A DNA stretch of 64,000 nucleotides, from NCBI GenBank assembly GCA_964594215.1, contig CAZQLN010000001.1, forward strand, positions 103,638 to 167,637, written 5' to 3'. The stretch is from an uncultured Bdellovibrionales bacterium (GTDB taxonomy: Bacteria > Patescibacteriota > Minisyncoccia > Moranbacterales > UBA1568). The notes beneath the pieces are model-generated. The model searched no databases, was not told the origin of the DNA, and saw only the letters and a list, made by a program, of their open reading frames with translations. Below are positions 1-9,822 of this stretch, in pieces. Position 1 is the stretch's first letter; every line of letters starts with the position of its first letter. The position numbers and the translations under genes are program-made.

Positions 1-338
1 GTTCAATCTACATCTTGAATATGGGAGAGTTAATTAATATTTATGAAGTGGCTGAGTGTCTAGTGCGATCAAAAAATCTTATCCCAGGAGAAGATGTTGA
101 AATGCGTATCACAGGTCTTCGTAAGGGCGAAAAAATGGTTGAAGAACTATACACGGAAACGGAGAAAGGAAAAATTTCTCGAGGAAGTATGAAGGATATT
201 TTTCTTTTGAAAAACCTTGATGAATGCCCCGAAGATATTGTCGAGTTTATTGCTGAGCTAGAAGAAAAAGTGAAGAACAATGCTTCAGCTACAACCTTAA
301 AGAAGGACTTAAGAAGACTTTTCCCATCTATTCGTTGA
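1..338 (+). CDS. C-terminal fragment of CapD/PglF/WbpM-like nucleotide-sugar dehydratase/epimerase (polysaccharide biosynthesis protein); 5' end lies off-window
   Basis: The reading frame is open to the window edge. The tail motif ITGLRKGEKMVEELY matches the conserved TGLRPGEKLyEEL C-terminus of Polysacc_synt_2 (CapD) proteins. Confidence 0.55.
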   Translation, partial: SIYILNMGELINIYEVAECLVRSKNLIPGEDVEMRITGLRKGEKMVEELYTETEKGKISRGSMKDIFLLKNLDECPEDIVEFIAELEEKVKNNASATTLKKDLRRLFPSIR

Positions 339-342
339 GTAT

Positions 343-1236
343 ATGTTGAAGTTAAACAAGTGTAAAATATGTTCATCTCGGAAAATAGCTGTGATTAAGG
401 AGTATGTGGCAACTCCAGCATTAGATGAGACTTGGAAGCAGGCTTTCGAGACAGCACTTCAAGATAAGCAAAGTGTGTCTATTCGGCTCTTTTTATGCTT
501 CTCTTGCGGATTTATTTTCTATGGGGATATCTTAGATGATATAGAGCTTGAAAGACTTTATAGTGAGGAGCATCGTTATAACAAAGCAGAAGTGAGTGCT
601 ACAAAATCTGGGAGGGTTTGGGAGTTACAAAAAATGAACGATTTTGTAATTCGGTATATTACAAAAAGAAGTATTCGAGAGGCTCTCGATGTTGGTGCTG
701 GAGATTTTGTAGCTTTACAAAAGATAGTAGCCTGTCTTCCGGGAGCCCATTTTTCAGCTATCGATCCTTGCTACGATCAGCCGACTTTTGAAAATATCAC
801 TGTTTTTCAGGCGATGCTGGAAAAATTTGACTGCAGAAAGCAATATGATTTAGTGATGGCAGTACATGTTTTAGAACATGTAGGTGACCTTCATGCTTTT
901 ATGAGTCAATTAAGTAAGTTAACTCAGAGGTATCTTTATATAGAGATTCCTTTTCAGGTAGGTCCTGGACTTTTTTTGAGTCGCGGTGTCAATGCACAGC
1001 ATATTAATTATTTTACGCCAGGAACACTGAAGACTCTTTTGAGCTACCATGGTTTTGAAGTTGAGAATGAGGAGTTTAGCACTAACGGCTTTCGCTATAA
1101 TGGAATGCCAGGCATGATTCGGATATTAGCCAAGAAGAGAGAGGGCAGTGAAGTGGCAAAAAAAGTGAACACTGTTTTAGCGAGTATCTACTATCTCTTG
1201 AGTCCAGTAATATTTTTGAAGAGTAAATTTTTCTAA
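343..1236 (+). CDS. class I SAM-dependent methyltransferase with N-terminal Cys4 zinc-ribbon
   Basis: The N-terminus has CKICSS...CFSCGF. Motif I is LDVGAGDF and the post-I motif is VLEHV, as in Methyltransf_23/13-like glycan or NDP-sugar methyltransferases. Confidence 0.7.
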   Translation: MLKLNKCKICSSRKIAVIKEYVATPALDETWKQAFETALQDKQSVSIRLFLCFSCGFIFYGDILDDIELERLYSEEHRYNKAEVSATKSGRVWELQKMNDFVIRYITKRSIREALDVGAGDFVALQKIVACLPGAHFSAIDPCYDQPTFENITVFQAMLEKFDCRKQYDLVMAVHVLEHVGDLHAFMSQLSKLTQRYLYIEIPFQVGPGLFLSRGVNAQHINYFTPGTLKTLLSYHGFEVENEEFSTNGFRYNGMPGMIRILAKKREGSEVAKKVNTVLASIYYLLSPVIFLKSKFF

Positions 1237-1253
1237 AGATAAAATAAAAAGCA

Positions 1254-2504
1254 GTGTTTAAGAATACCTTATTGAAACTTGAAGAGATAGTGAGGTTTGA
1301 TGCGGGGTATTTTCTTAAAAATGGCTCGTGGGTTACGGTGCGCTATATCTTTATTACCGGAGTAGGACTACTTCTTTCTGTGGCGTTTTCGCGATTGGTA
1401 ACGAAAGAAATATATGGTCAGTACCAATTTGTTATCACTTTTTTTTCTTTCCTCTCAATTCTTTCTCTGCCAGGACTCAACATCGTGACTTTGAGAGAGT
1501 CAGTGGCAGGTAATGACGGAGCTCTTCTGCAGGCAGTCAGAAAGAGTTTTTGGTGGAGTCTTTGGATGAGTGGTATTGCGCTTGGGTATGCTTTCTATTT
1601 GTTTACGACGGGGGAACATGAGTTGGCTTTGGCTATTGGTGTTGGTGGTCTTTTAGCACCTCTCTACTATGCGCCAAACAACTGGTATGTCTTTTATGAG
1701 GGTAAAAAAGATTTTCGTTCTTCGTCATTGCGCATTATTTTCATGCAAATCTGCCTCCTTATTCTGATGTGTGGAGCGCTCTTGTTGGGCTTTGGGCTGA
1801 GTGCTTTGATAGCGTTATATTTTTTGGTTCCGGCTCTGCTAGCTTTGTATTACTTTTTAGAGGTGCGAACAGTGATTTTGGCCAGGAAAGATGCGGTTAA
1901 ACAAAAACCATTAGATACGGTGCTTGGTATGATGGTCACTCTTCAGAAGTATATATCTGGATTAGCGGAGAATATGACAGTACTTCTTGTCTCATTTCTT
2001 TTTGGTTTTGAGTTGCTAGCTGTTTATCAAATCACGAGTATAGCAGTGTTGGCGGTGGCTGGTTTTATAGGGGCACTACTTTCATTATATTTTCCACATA
2101 TTATGACTGGTGGGGAGAAACTAAGTTTGAAAAATATTGGGTACAGTCTTCTTGCTGGAATACCGAGCAGTTTTCTTTTTCTATTTTTTCTCTACTTTCT
2201 TTTCTTACCTTTATATGGAGAGGCGTACCAAGAAAGTCTTTGGCTTGGTTATGCTTTGACGGGAGTAGTCTTCCTTATTCCATTGAAGACTTTTCTGGTT
2301 AATTTCTTTACCGTTCACAAAGAGAATCTGGCCGTGATTGGAGCAAATGTTTTTGCGGGAACTGTGTTAGTGGTGGCACTGTTTGCCACACGGTTACTTG
2401 GGTTTCACCAGAGTTTGATTATTTCTCTGTACAGTCTCCAACTGGCGCTCATTCTCTCTCTACTCATTTTTAGCTTGTTTCGGTCTCAAAGAACAAAGAA
2501 ATGA
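1254..2504 (+). CDS. polytopic membrane protein, MOP/Wzx-like polysaccharide flippase candidate
   Basis: The 416 aa protein has about 12 hydrophobic helices, a GTG start, and the size and topology typical of polysaccharide biosynthesis flippases. It sits in a glycan cluster. Confidence 0.45.
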   Translation: MFKNTLLKLEEIVRFDAGYFLKNGSWVTVRYIFITGVGLLLSVAFSRLVTKEIYGQYQFVITFFSFLSILSLPGLNIVTLRESVAGNDGALLQAVRKSFWWSLWMSGIALGYAFYLFTTGEHELALAIGVGGLLAPLYYAPNNWYVFYEGKKDFRSSSLRIIFMQICLLILMCGALLLGFGLSALIALYFLVPALLALYYFLEVRTVILARKDAVKQKPLDTVLGMMVTLQKYISGLAENMTVLLVSFLFGFELLAVYQITSIAVLAVAGFIGALLSLYFPHIMTGGEKLSLKNIGYSLLAGIPSSFLFLFFLYFLFLPLYGEAYQESLWLGYALTGVVFLIPLKTFLVNFFTVHKENLAVIGANVFAGTVLVVALFATRLLGFHQSLIISLYSLQLALILSLLIFSLFRSQRTKK

Positions 2505-2540
2505 GGCATGGTATACTAGTAAAATATTGATAATTATTCT

Positions 2541-3470
2541 ATGCAAGTAAACAATTATTTTGTGAACGTTCTATGTCCTCTCTGTAAAACGGATAAGTAT
2601 TCAGTTGTCTACTCAGGTACTTTTCCAGAAGCATTTGATCAGGAATTTCTTAAAGATATATACCGATCTTCGAGTGAGCATGCTCTTTTTGAACAAGTGG
2701 TACGTTGTAGCAATTGTTCCCTCGTATACCTTAATCCTCGTCTCAAAGAAGAGCTGATTGTGGGTTCGTATGCCGAAGGAGAGGATCAGGTTTTTATCTT
2801 GCAGGATGATATGCGCATCCGGACTTTCAGAAAGTCTTTGCGGAACTTGCTGAAAAATTTTGGAACTGCGACTCAGGGTGAAGTCAAGATTTTAGATGTA
2901 GGTTGTGCAGGGGGTGCTTTTTTGCGGGCGGCTCAGATGGAAAATTTAGTAGCTACGGGTGTTGAGCCCAGTAAGTGGCTTGGTGACTATGGTAGGACAC
3001 AGTACGGGCTGGATATCCGTACCGGAGTGTTAGAGGGACAAGACTTTTCGCCAAAGAGTTTCGATATAATTACAATGTGGGATGTGATTGAGCATGTCCC
3101 AGATCCTGACCGTGATTTGAAGCACATTGCTACTCTACTCAAGGACGACGGTATTTTTGTGGTGAACTATCCGGACTTCGGTAGTTTGCCAGCGAAGCTT
3201 CTTGGACGTCGTTGGCCCTTTTTACTAAGCGTTCATTTGGTTTACTACACGCCAAAAACTATTCGCAAACAGTTGACTTTGGCTGGTTTTGAGGTTATTG
3301 ATCTACGAAGGCACTGGCAGACCCTTGAGCTAGCCTATGTTCTCAATCGAGCTGGCCACTACTTCCGTATTTTCCATTGGTTCGAGAAAGGAGTGACTGC
3401 CTGTGGTCTTGGTAAGTTACCGGTGACATACTGGATTGGTCAGACACGAGTAATTGCAAAGAAATGTTAG
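2541..3470 (+). CDS. class I SAM-dependent methyltransferase with N-terminal Cys4 zinc-ribbon
   Basis: Cysteine motifs are CPLCK...CSNCS. Motif I is LDVGCAGGAF, and DVIEHV follows. It is a paralog of the 343..1236 product. Confidence 0.7.
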   Translation: MQVNNYFVNVLCPLCKTDKYSVVYSGTFPEAFDQEFLKDIYRSSSEHALFEQVVRCSNCSLVYLNPRLKEELIVGSYAEGEDQVFILQDDMRIRTFRKSLRNLLKNFGTATQGEVKILDVGCAGGAFLRAAQMENLVATGVEPSKWLGDYGRTQYGLDIRTGVLEGQDFSPKSFDIITMWDVIEHVPDPDRDLKHIATLLKDDGIFVVNYPDFGSLPAKLLGRRWPFLLSVHLVYYTPKTIRKQLTLAGFEVIDLRRHWQTLELAYVLNRAGHYFRIFHWFEKGVTACGLGKLPVTYWIGQTRVIAKKC

Positions 3471-4123
3471 GACAAAAATCTCAAATAAAGGCCGTTATCT
3501 TTGATATGGATGGCGTTCTTTTTCTTTCCACAGATTGTCATGAAGAAGCCTTCCGTCTCACTTTAGGCAAGAAAGATTCACAAGCTTTTGTTTACCATGA
3601 GATAGCTGGGATGCGAACAGATGAGGCCTTCCGTTTCTTTTATCAAAAAAACCAGATCCCTTTTGATGAGGAGTTGATTACAAAGCTAGTAGAAGAAAAA
3701 AGAAAAAATGCCATCCGTTTACTTAGAGAAAAGGGAAGGGTGGCTACTGGAACTCGAGATCTTTTAGAGAGATTAGCATCTCAGTATCGACTCGTATTAG
3801 CGTCATCGGCCTCTCTACCAACGATTGAACTTTTTTTATCTTTGAGTGAGACTCGTGACCTTTTTGAGTACGTTCTTGATGGCTCGATGGTAAAACAGGC
3901 AAAGCCAGCTCCTGATGTTTATCTTTTGGCAACAGAGAAGCTGAATCTGCTACCAAGGGAATGTGTAGTTATTGAGGATGCTCTGAAAGGAGCGGAAGCC
4001 TCCTTTCGAGCGGGTATTCCACTTATCATTGTTACAACATCAGATAAAAAGACAAGTTTTTTACAGTTTAATCCAATTATGATAGTATCTGAAGTACGGG
4101 AGGTGGGCAAAATCTTGCTTTAA
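3464..4123 (+). CDS. HAD-superfamily hydrolase (beta-phosphoglucomutase/phosphatase-like)
   Basis: The N-terminal HAD motif I is IFDMDGVL (DxDGV), and the length matches HAD-IA enzymes. Confidence 0.7.
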   Translation: MLGQKSQIKAVIFDMDGVLFLSTDCHEEAFRLTLGKKDSQAFVYHEIAGMRTDEAFRFFYQKNQIPFDEELITKLVEEKRKNAIRLLREKGRVATGTRDLLERLASQYRLVLASSASLPTIELFLSLSETRDLFEYVLDGSMVKQAKPAPDVYLLATEKLNLLPRECVVIEDALKGAEASFRAGIPLIIVTTSDKKTSFLQFNPIMIVSEVREVGKILL

Positions 4124-4135
4124 ATAAGGCTAAAT

Positions 4136-4933
4136 ATGCGCAGATTTACTACTTCTTTTCCTCAAGAGTACCAGACAACCCCTTTGGAAAAGGGGAGTTG
4201 GACAGCTGTTATACCAGCTGCCGGGAAGGGTACTCGGCTTGCTTATTCTCAGGCTAAAATTCTTTTCCCTGTTAACGGAAAGCCAATAATTGAGCATATT
4301 ACTTCGCTTTTGAATCCCTTTGTGAGTGAGGGGATTTTTGTTTTTTCACCCAAAAACAAAGAAGATGTAGAAAAGGCTGTATACCAAGGATTTGAAAAAG
4401 AAAAAAAGGTGGTGATTGAGAATTCTCTAGGTATGGCTCACTCCATAGAGGCAGCTCTCCCCTTTGTAGAGACATCGTATGTCATCGTTATGTGGGGTGA
4501 TCAAGTGGCCTTGAGTCAATCCACCATAAAAAACATGATGGAAATGATGCAGTCGGAATTGACACCAGACTGCGTTTTAGCGCTTTTTGAACAAGAAAAT
4601 CCCTATGTGCATTACGCCCAAGGTATCGATGGCAAATTAGAAGTTGTTCTCCAAAAACGCGAAGGAGATACTATGCCGGCCCAAGGTCTTGCTGATGCGG
4701 GTGTTTTTGTTTTTCGTACGGAGAAGCTGAAGAAGCTTTTTGAAGTTTTTTCTCAACAGACAGCTCCAAGGGGCAAGCTAACAGGTGAGTGGAATTTCCT
4801 TCCTCTGTTACCCTGGTTTGATCAGGCATCTAATGGTATCCTAGCGTACCATCTTCCAGATAGAGAAGAGGCTCGGGGAATTAACTCAAGAGAGGATGCT
4901 CTTGAGGTGGAACAATGGATGAACAGTAACTAA
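4136..4933 (+). CDS. nucleotidyltransferase (sugar-phosphate/IspD/TarI/CofC-like NTP-transferase fold)
   Basis: The glycine-rich loop AVIPAAGKGTRL is followed by KILFPVNGKPIIEH, typical of NTP_transferase/MobA-like enzymes. Confidence 0.65.
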   Translation: MRRFTTSFPQEYQTTPLEKGSWTAVIPAAGKGTRLAYSQAKILFPVNGKPIIEHITSLLNPFVSEGIFVFSPKNKEDVEKAVYQGFEKEKKVVIENSLGMAHSIEAALPFVETSYVIVMWGDQVALSQSTIKNMMEMMQSELTPDCVLALFEQENPYVHYAQGIDGKLEVVLQKREGDTMPAQGLADAGVFVFRTEKLKKLFEVFSQQTAPRGKLTGEWNFLPLLPWFDQASNGILAYHLPDREEARGINSREDALEVEQWMNSN

Positions 4934-4940
4934 TACGTCT

Positions 4941-7001
4941 ATGGAAAGTCAATCAACCAACAAAAAACTCTCAGTGGTCATGTTTTCTGGAGGACGTGGG
5001 ACGGGCGCTCTGACCGAGGCATTACTACGTTATCCAGATATCAAACTCAGTCTGTTGGTGAATGCCTACGATGACGGACTTTCTACAGGGCTTTTACGTC
5101 GTTTCATACCCGGCATGCTGGGGCCATCAGATGTTCGCAAGAACCTATCTCGCTTTCTTGAACCAAAGAAAGATCAGACTTCAGAAACACTCCGGTTTCT
5201 TATGGAGTATCGTTTCCCCGAAACCACTACCGCCGCTGAGGCTATAGAGGTAATGGAGGCTTTTGTCCAATATCCAAACAACAACATTCGACACGAACTG
5301 CTTGCTAAGAAGGAGTTGCTACCACTCTCTCAGCTACGTATTTTGAGTCAGTACCTTGAAGCATTTTTACATTTTTATAATGAAAAACGAGAGGCTTTTA
5401 GTGAGGGGTTTCCTTTTGGAGATATGTCCTTCGGTAACCTCATTTTTGCTGGGGCCTATCTCAAGAACGATCAGGACTTCAATAGAACCATCGTTGATCT
5501 TTCAGCCTTTTTAGGAGTAGCAACAGATGCAGTCATTAATCTGACAGAAGGAGAGAGTCTGATTCTTACGGCTCTCAAAGAAGATGGGCGGTACCTCCAT
5601 GATGAAGCCAGTGTTGTTGGTCCTCAGGATGCCTCTAAAATTGCTGAAATTTTTCTGTTACCACGTTTTGTGAAGGCAGATAGCTTAGGTCAGTACCAGA
5701 TAGATAATATACGCTACCTTCGCAATATTGAGACTTTGCCACATATCAATTCTCAAGCCGAAAAACTGCTCCGAGAGGCAGATATCATCATCTATGGGCC
5801 CGGTACTCAATATTCATCACTTTTTCCATCTTACCTCACTTCAGGGGTTGCTGAAGCCATCCTAGCTAACACAGAAGCTGAGAAAGTCTTTATTGGTAAC
5901 ATCGCTAAGGATCACGACATTCTAGCTGAAGATGCTAATAGTCTCGTCAAAGCCTTTCTTTTTAATATGGGGCGCAAGGTAGAGGGAGCTGTCCGTTGTC
6001 AGGACCTGGTAACTCGTTTCTTCTTTCAAAAACCAGAAATCACAGATGGTGAGGACAGTTATGTCTCTTTTGACGCAGATGCCTTTGCCTACCCGCTCGA
6101 GAAAGTCTCTTGGATTGACCTTGAAGGCGAGAAGGGCAAGCACTCGGGTTCACGTACCATTACCGAACTACTGCTCATTATTGAGAGCCGTCTGCGTAAA
6201 AAGATTAGGCATGTATCTCAGAAGGTGTCTATTATTGTTCCTGCTTTGAATGAGGAGAAGACCATAGGCGAGGTTATCCGGTCATTGCAGGAGGTTGAAT
6301 TTTTAGGTCTTTCACTGGAGAAAGAAATTATCGTTATCGATGGTTGTTCAAGTGATACTACGTATGCTATCGCAGAAAAAATGGACGTACGTACTTACCA
6401 AACAAAGAAAGGTGGTGGCCGGGGAGAGGCTTTGCGTCTGGGTATTGAAAAAGCCAAAGGGGACCTGATAGTGTTTTTTCCTTCTGATGGAGAGTACGAG
6501 GTACGAGATATTGCCCGACTCATCACACCGCTCATTGATCAGGAGTTTCCAGTAGTTTTTGGGAGCCGTGCTTTCCGTGATACCCGTGATCTGACAGGCA
6601 CACTCAAGCGTGTCTATGGAAGCGATAAACTGCGTTACATGTTGAGTAAGTATGGAGGTATGCTCCTTTCCACCCTCATGCTGTTTCTTTACCACCGCTT
6701 CCTCAGTGATCCACTTACCAGTATGAAGGCTTTTAATGCCAGAGTTTTCCGTGATATGACCTTTTCTCTTCGGGGTGTAGATTTTGATATGGAACTCATT
6801 GCCAAGCTTGTTCGGACAGAACATGTTATCCTAGAGTTACCGGTTAGTTATAATGCCCGTACCATTCAAGAGGGAAAAAAGATTACCATCTTTGACGGGA
6901 TTTTGTGTCTCGTAGCTTTATTTCGTTTTTGTACTTGGTCGCCACTCAAAAAGAAAAAAACTCACTATGCCAAAAGTCTCCATCATCATTCCCGCGTATA
7001 A
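4941..7001 (+). CDS. fusion protein: N-terminal CofD/YvcK (UPF0052, 2-phospho-L-lactate transferase-like) domain plus C-terminal family-2 glycosyltransferase (Dpm1-like) domain
   Basis: The N-terminus [19 protein letters not shown] matches the CofD/YvcK GGxGTG loop. From about aa 425, [20 protein letters not shown] and FPSDGEYE are GT2 signatures. One uninterrupted 686 aa frame carries both domains. Confidence 0.6.
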   Translation: MESQSTNKKLSVVMFSGGRGTGALTEALLRYPDIKLSLLVNAYDDGLSTGLLRRFIPGMLGPSDVRKNLSRFLEPKKDQTSETLRFLMEYRFPETTTAAEAIEVMEAFVQYPNNNIRHELLAKKELLPLSQLRILSQYLEAFLHFYNEKREAFSEGFPFGDMSFGNLIFAGAYLKNDQDFNRTIVDLSAFLGVATDAVINLTEGESLILTALKEDGRYLHDEASVVGPQDASKIAEIFLLPRFVKADSLGQYQIDNIRYLRNIETLPHINSQAEKLLREADIIIYGPGTQYSSLFPSYLTSGVAEAILANTEAEKVFIGNIAKDHDILAEDANSLVKAFLFNMGRKVEGAVRCQDLVTRFFFQKPEITDGEDSYVSFDADAFAYPLEKVSWIDLEGEKGKHSGSRTITELLLIIESRLRKKIRHVSQKVSIIVPALNEEKTIGEVIRSLQEVEFLGLSLEKEIIVIDGCSSDTTYAIAEKMDVRTYQTKKGGGRGEALRLGIEKAKGDLIVFFPSDGEYEVRDIARLITPLIDQEFPVVFGSRAFRDTRDLTGTLKRVYGSDKLRYMLSKYGGMLLSTLMLFLYHRFLSDPLTSMKAFNARVFRDMTFSLRGVDFDMELIAKLVRTEHVILELPVSYNARTIQEGKKITIFDGILCLVALFRFCTWSPLKKKKTHYAKSLHHHSRV

Positions 7002-7713
7002 TGAAGCCTCCTTTATCGGAGAGCTTCTTCAGTCAATCCGTGCAGTCGATCTTTCATCTATTGGGTTTGAGAAAGAGATCATTGTTGTTGATAATGGCTC
7101 AGTTGATAATACCTCTGAGATTGTCTCTCACTTCGATGAGGTACGTCTGGTCAGGATTGATATCAATCAAGGAAAGGGCACGGGTGTCGCTAGAGGCATA
7201 CAAGAGGCAACGGGAGATTTGGTGCTTATTCAAGATGCTGACCTGGAGTATGACCCAAGAGATTATGCGGTGTTACTCAAAGCTTACACAGATCTTGATA
7301 AAGGAGAACTACGCATTGTATATGGTAGCCGGATACTAGGTGAACGAGAGAATAGTCAGAAGCTGTTTTTTCGTGGTAAACATACAGAAAAATCACTCGC
7401 TACGTATGGAGCAAACTTTCTCCTTACTTTGGTAGCCTACATTCTCTATGGGAAATGGATTACAGACACTTTGACAGGCTATAAAGTATATCCGAGAATA
7501 GCTCTACAGAAACTTCATATCCAGACTACCGGCTTTGAGACAGATCATGAATTGACGAGTAAATTCTTACGTATGGGTGCAGAACTTATCGAGATTCCTA
7601 TTCGCTACTATCCACGAGGAGTAGAGGAGGGTAAAAAAATTCGGGCGAGGGATTTTTTTATTGCCCTTAAAACGTTTTGGCGGTTTTACTTTTCTTCCAA
7701 AGAAACTTTTTAA
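6967..7713 (+). CDS. family-2 glycosyltransferase, Dpm1/GtrB-like polyprenyl-phosphate sugar synthase (soluble form)
   Basis: Signatures are [20 protein letters not shown] and [10 protein letters not shown] (the DxD motif). It overlaps the preceding gene by 35 nt. Confidence 0.75.
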   Translation: MPKVSIIIPAYNEASFIGELLQSIRAVDLSSIGFEKEIIVVDNGSVDNTSEIVSHFDEVRLVRIDINQGKGTGVARGIQEATGDLVLIQDADLEYDPRDYAVLLKAYTDLDKGELRIVYGSRILGERENSQKLFFRGKHTEKSLATYGANFLLTLVAYILYGKWITDTLTGYKVYPRIALQKLHIQTTGFETDHELTSKFLRMGAELIEIPIRYYPRGVEEGKKIRARDFFIALKTFWRFYFSSKETF

Positions 7714-7715
7714 GT

Positions 7716-8129
7716 ATGCTCTCATTTTTTGAAAAAAATAAGATACAAATAGAACGCTTCGGGAAGTTTTTGCTTATCGGAGGTTCAGCCCTCCTTATTG
7801 ATATTGCTCTGTACTATGTCTTCACTCGAGAGTTGCACATCTCGTATCTTTTGAGTCGGGCATACTCTCTTTCGGTAGCAATTTTCTGGAACTTCTATCT
7901 GAATCGTATTTGGACATTTACGGCTAGAGGTGGGTCGCTCATAGCTCAGTTTTGGCGGTTTTTGACAGTTATTGGTATAACCTCCCTAGCCAACCTTCTG
8001 TTTATGCATATAGGTGTTTCTGTGCTCGGCTTTCATGATATTGGAGTGATTCTTTTTGTGTCAGTTTTATTAACTTTGGTTAACTTTACCGCTCATTCAT
8101 TTTGGAGTTATGCCATCAAACAAACTTAA
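7716..8129 (+). CDS. GtrA-family small membrane protein (polyprenyl-phosphate-sugar flippase-like)
   Basis: The 137 aa protein has four predicted TM helices, and FGKFLLIGGSALLIDIALYYVF is the GtrA signature. The ATG at 7716 immediately follows the GT2 stop; an upstream extension to 7677 is possible. Confidence 0.65.
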   Translation: MLSFFEKNKIQIERFGKFLLIGGSALLIDIALYYVFTRELHISYLLSRAYSLSVAIFWNFYLNRIWTFTARGGSLIAQFWRFLTVIGITSLANLLFMHIGVSVLGFHDIGVILFVSVLLTLVNFTAHSFWSYAIKQT

Positions 8130-9822
8130 AAACTACTCACATCTTTTTTTACGTTATCAAAAAGTTTGGGGACAAGTACTTCTCCTCATATTTCTTTTGG
8201 TAGCTGAATTTTCAGTCATGCCACTGACTTTCGGTCCAGATCGAAGAATCCATGACCCGGCCGTGTACCGTCTGCAGGATTCAACATATCTTCGAGGTGA
8301 CTGGTACACGGGTATGGCAGTTGAAAGTGGTGTGTATACTTTCTATAGTGCCCTGATTCAAGCCTCTTCTTTTTTGGGTATCGGAGAGGAGCTTTGGCGG
8401 ATGCTTCTCTATATTGTTTGTATGGTAGCCCTCTATGCGTATCTTTTGAAGCTAGCAAGACTTTTTACGAGTAGTTGGTGGACAGTACCTTTGGTAGTGG
8501 TTCTCCATACACTTCTCGTAACCGCTAATCCGCCATTGTGGTTGTATGGCTACTATATTCAAGTTGATGGTGGTTTGGCACCCCGCAGTGTAGCTATGGC
8601 ATTCTCGATAGCGGCTCTCTACTATCTTTTGAGGGCGCCGCGTTATCTTCCTTGGATTCTGCTCGGGCTCTCAACACTCGTGCATGTTTCACACTCTTTT
8701 ATTACATTTGTTCTTTTCTTGGGAGCCTGGTTTTCATACAGGTTGTTCACAGAGTTCCAAAAGAGCAAAAGCTTTAACTTGAGTTTTTATTGGCCAGCTA
8801 TTAAGGAATTTCTTTCTGCAATTTTTCTCTACCTGATCGCGGGAGGGTGGTTTTTGCTTCAGGTATTTTGGTTGAGCTTGCAACAGGCGAGTACCTTTAG
8901 TGCTCAAAAATTTATCTGGGCTTGGGTTTACTTTCGAGCACCGTATATGGTGCTTCCTACAGTGCCTGCGGGATACTGGTTTATACTGACTTTTCATGTA
9001 GCCGCACTTTTTTGTGGGGGTTGGTTAGTGAGAAGGTGGTACGCTAAGCAACAAGCCTTTGTCGACCTACTTCTCTTTGTTGGTCTTTTTGCCTTAGGAG
9101 GTTTTGGCGTCTTCTATCTTTTTGCCTTCATGGTACCGTGGGTTCCTGGTTTTCAATTTTATTCATTGAGACTCATTTATTTCACGTATCTTATTGGGCA
9201 TCTATTCATGGTCTTATTCTTGATGAGTCTGACTCACAAGCTCTGGCAAACAAGAAATATCACCAGCGTAAGTATCTCAGAATGGATTACGTCAGGCTTT
9301 TTGTTAGTCTTTCTAGGGGGAGCTTTGTGGCTTTGTCCTGTTTTCCCAGGCACTAAGTTTGTGATTGAAGCTCCCAGTAATCTTGAAAGAAGTTGGAATC
9401 AGGTATTGAAGCCTGGAGCAGCATTGCCTGAATCAGTCACAGGACTCTTTTTGGCTAATCATCCAGAACCGTTTTTGGCACCACCAGACTGGAATGGTAC
9501 CAGGACGTATCTCCCTGCAGTAGCAAGCTTTAAGACATTTGGCTTTACTCCAGAGGGTCTCGAAGAATGGTATGAGCGTATGGATACTCTTTCCCGGGGT
9601 GAGTTAGAAAAGGCTTACGAGAAGCAGAGTAAGAAAGGGAAGTATAAGCCAGTGTACATTAACTGGAAACAAGCGTATGAAACTTTGACAACTAGTGAGG
9701 TAGAGGAACTTTCCAAAAAATATCACTTCAATCTTTTTCTAACGTATAGAGAAAAAGAATACCCGTTTGAGCTATTGGTAGAAGATGAAGGTTACCGACT
9801 GTATCGTTTGTCTAGTCAGTAG
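8110..9822 (+). CDS. large polytopic membrane protein, GtrC-like / GT-C-fold glycosyltransferase candidate
   Basis: The 570 aa protein has at least 10 TM helices and a C-terminal soluble domain. It lies directly downstream of the GtrB-like and GtrA-like genes. Confidence 0.4.
   Translation: MPSNKLKNYSHLFLRYQKVWGQVLLLIFLLVAEFSVMPLTFGPDRRIHDPAVYRLQDSTYLRGDWYTGMAVESGVYTFYSALIQASSFLGIGEELWRMLLYIVCMVALYAYLLKLARLFTSSWWTVPLVVVLHTLLVTANPPLWLYGYYIQVDGGLAPRSVAMAFSIAALYYLLRAPRYLPWILLGLSTLVHVSHSFITFVLFLGAWFSYRLFTEFQKSKSFNLSFYWPAIKEFLSAIFLYLIAGGWFLLQVFWLSLQQASTFSAQKFIWAWVYFRAPYMVLPTVPAGYWFILTFHVAALFCGGWLVRRWYAKQQAFVDLLLFVGLFALGGFGVFYLFAFMVPWVPGFQFYSLRLIYFTYLIGHLFMVLFLMSLTHKLWQTRNITSVSISEWITSGFLLVFLGGALWLCPVFPGTKFVIEAPSNLERSWNQVLKPGAALPESVTGLFLANHPEPFLAPPDWNGTRTYLPAVASFKTFGFTPEGLEEWYERMDTLSRGELEKAYEKQSKKGKYKPVYINWKQAYETLTTSEVEELSKKYHFNLFLTYREKEYPFELLVEDEGYRLYRLSSQ

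Noticed and set aside
41-376. Antisense or shadow ORFs from the six-frame track lying within well-supported genes (for example 41..376-, 6348..6824-, 24957..25613-, 33515..33964-, 46845..47468+, 54094..54585-)
   Set aside because: Each lies entirely inside a gene with clear family motifs on the opposite strand or in another frame, and has no recognisable motifs of its own.
6945-6970. A-rich tract AAAAAGAAAAAAA at the junction of the CofD-GT2 fusion gene and the next GT2 gene, considered as a programmed frameshift site creating a triple-domain protein
   Set aside because: The downstream GT2 has its own ATG and a complete N-terminal IIIPAYNE start typical of standalone GT2s, and the upstream protein already ends after a full GT2 domain. 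A simple 35 nt gene overlap is the more economical reading.
8216-8458. Small ORFs inside the large membrane-protein genes (8216..8458-, 21027..21230-, 27112..27309+)
   Set aside because: These are hydrophobic-codon shadows of TM-rich genes on the other strand or frame.
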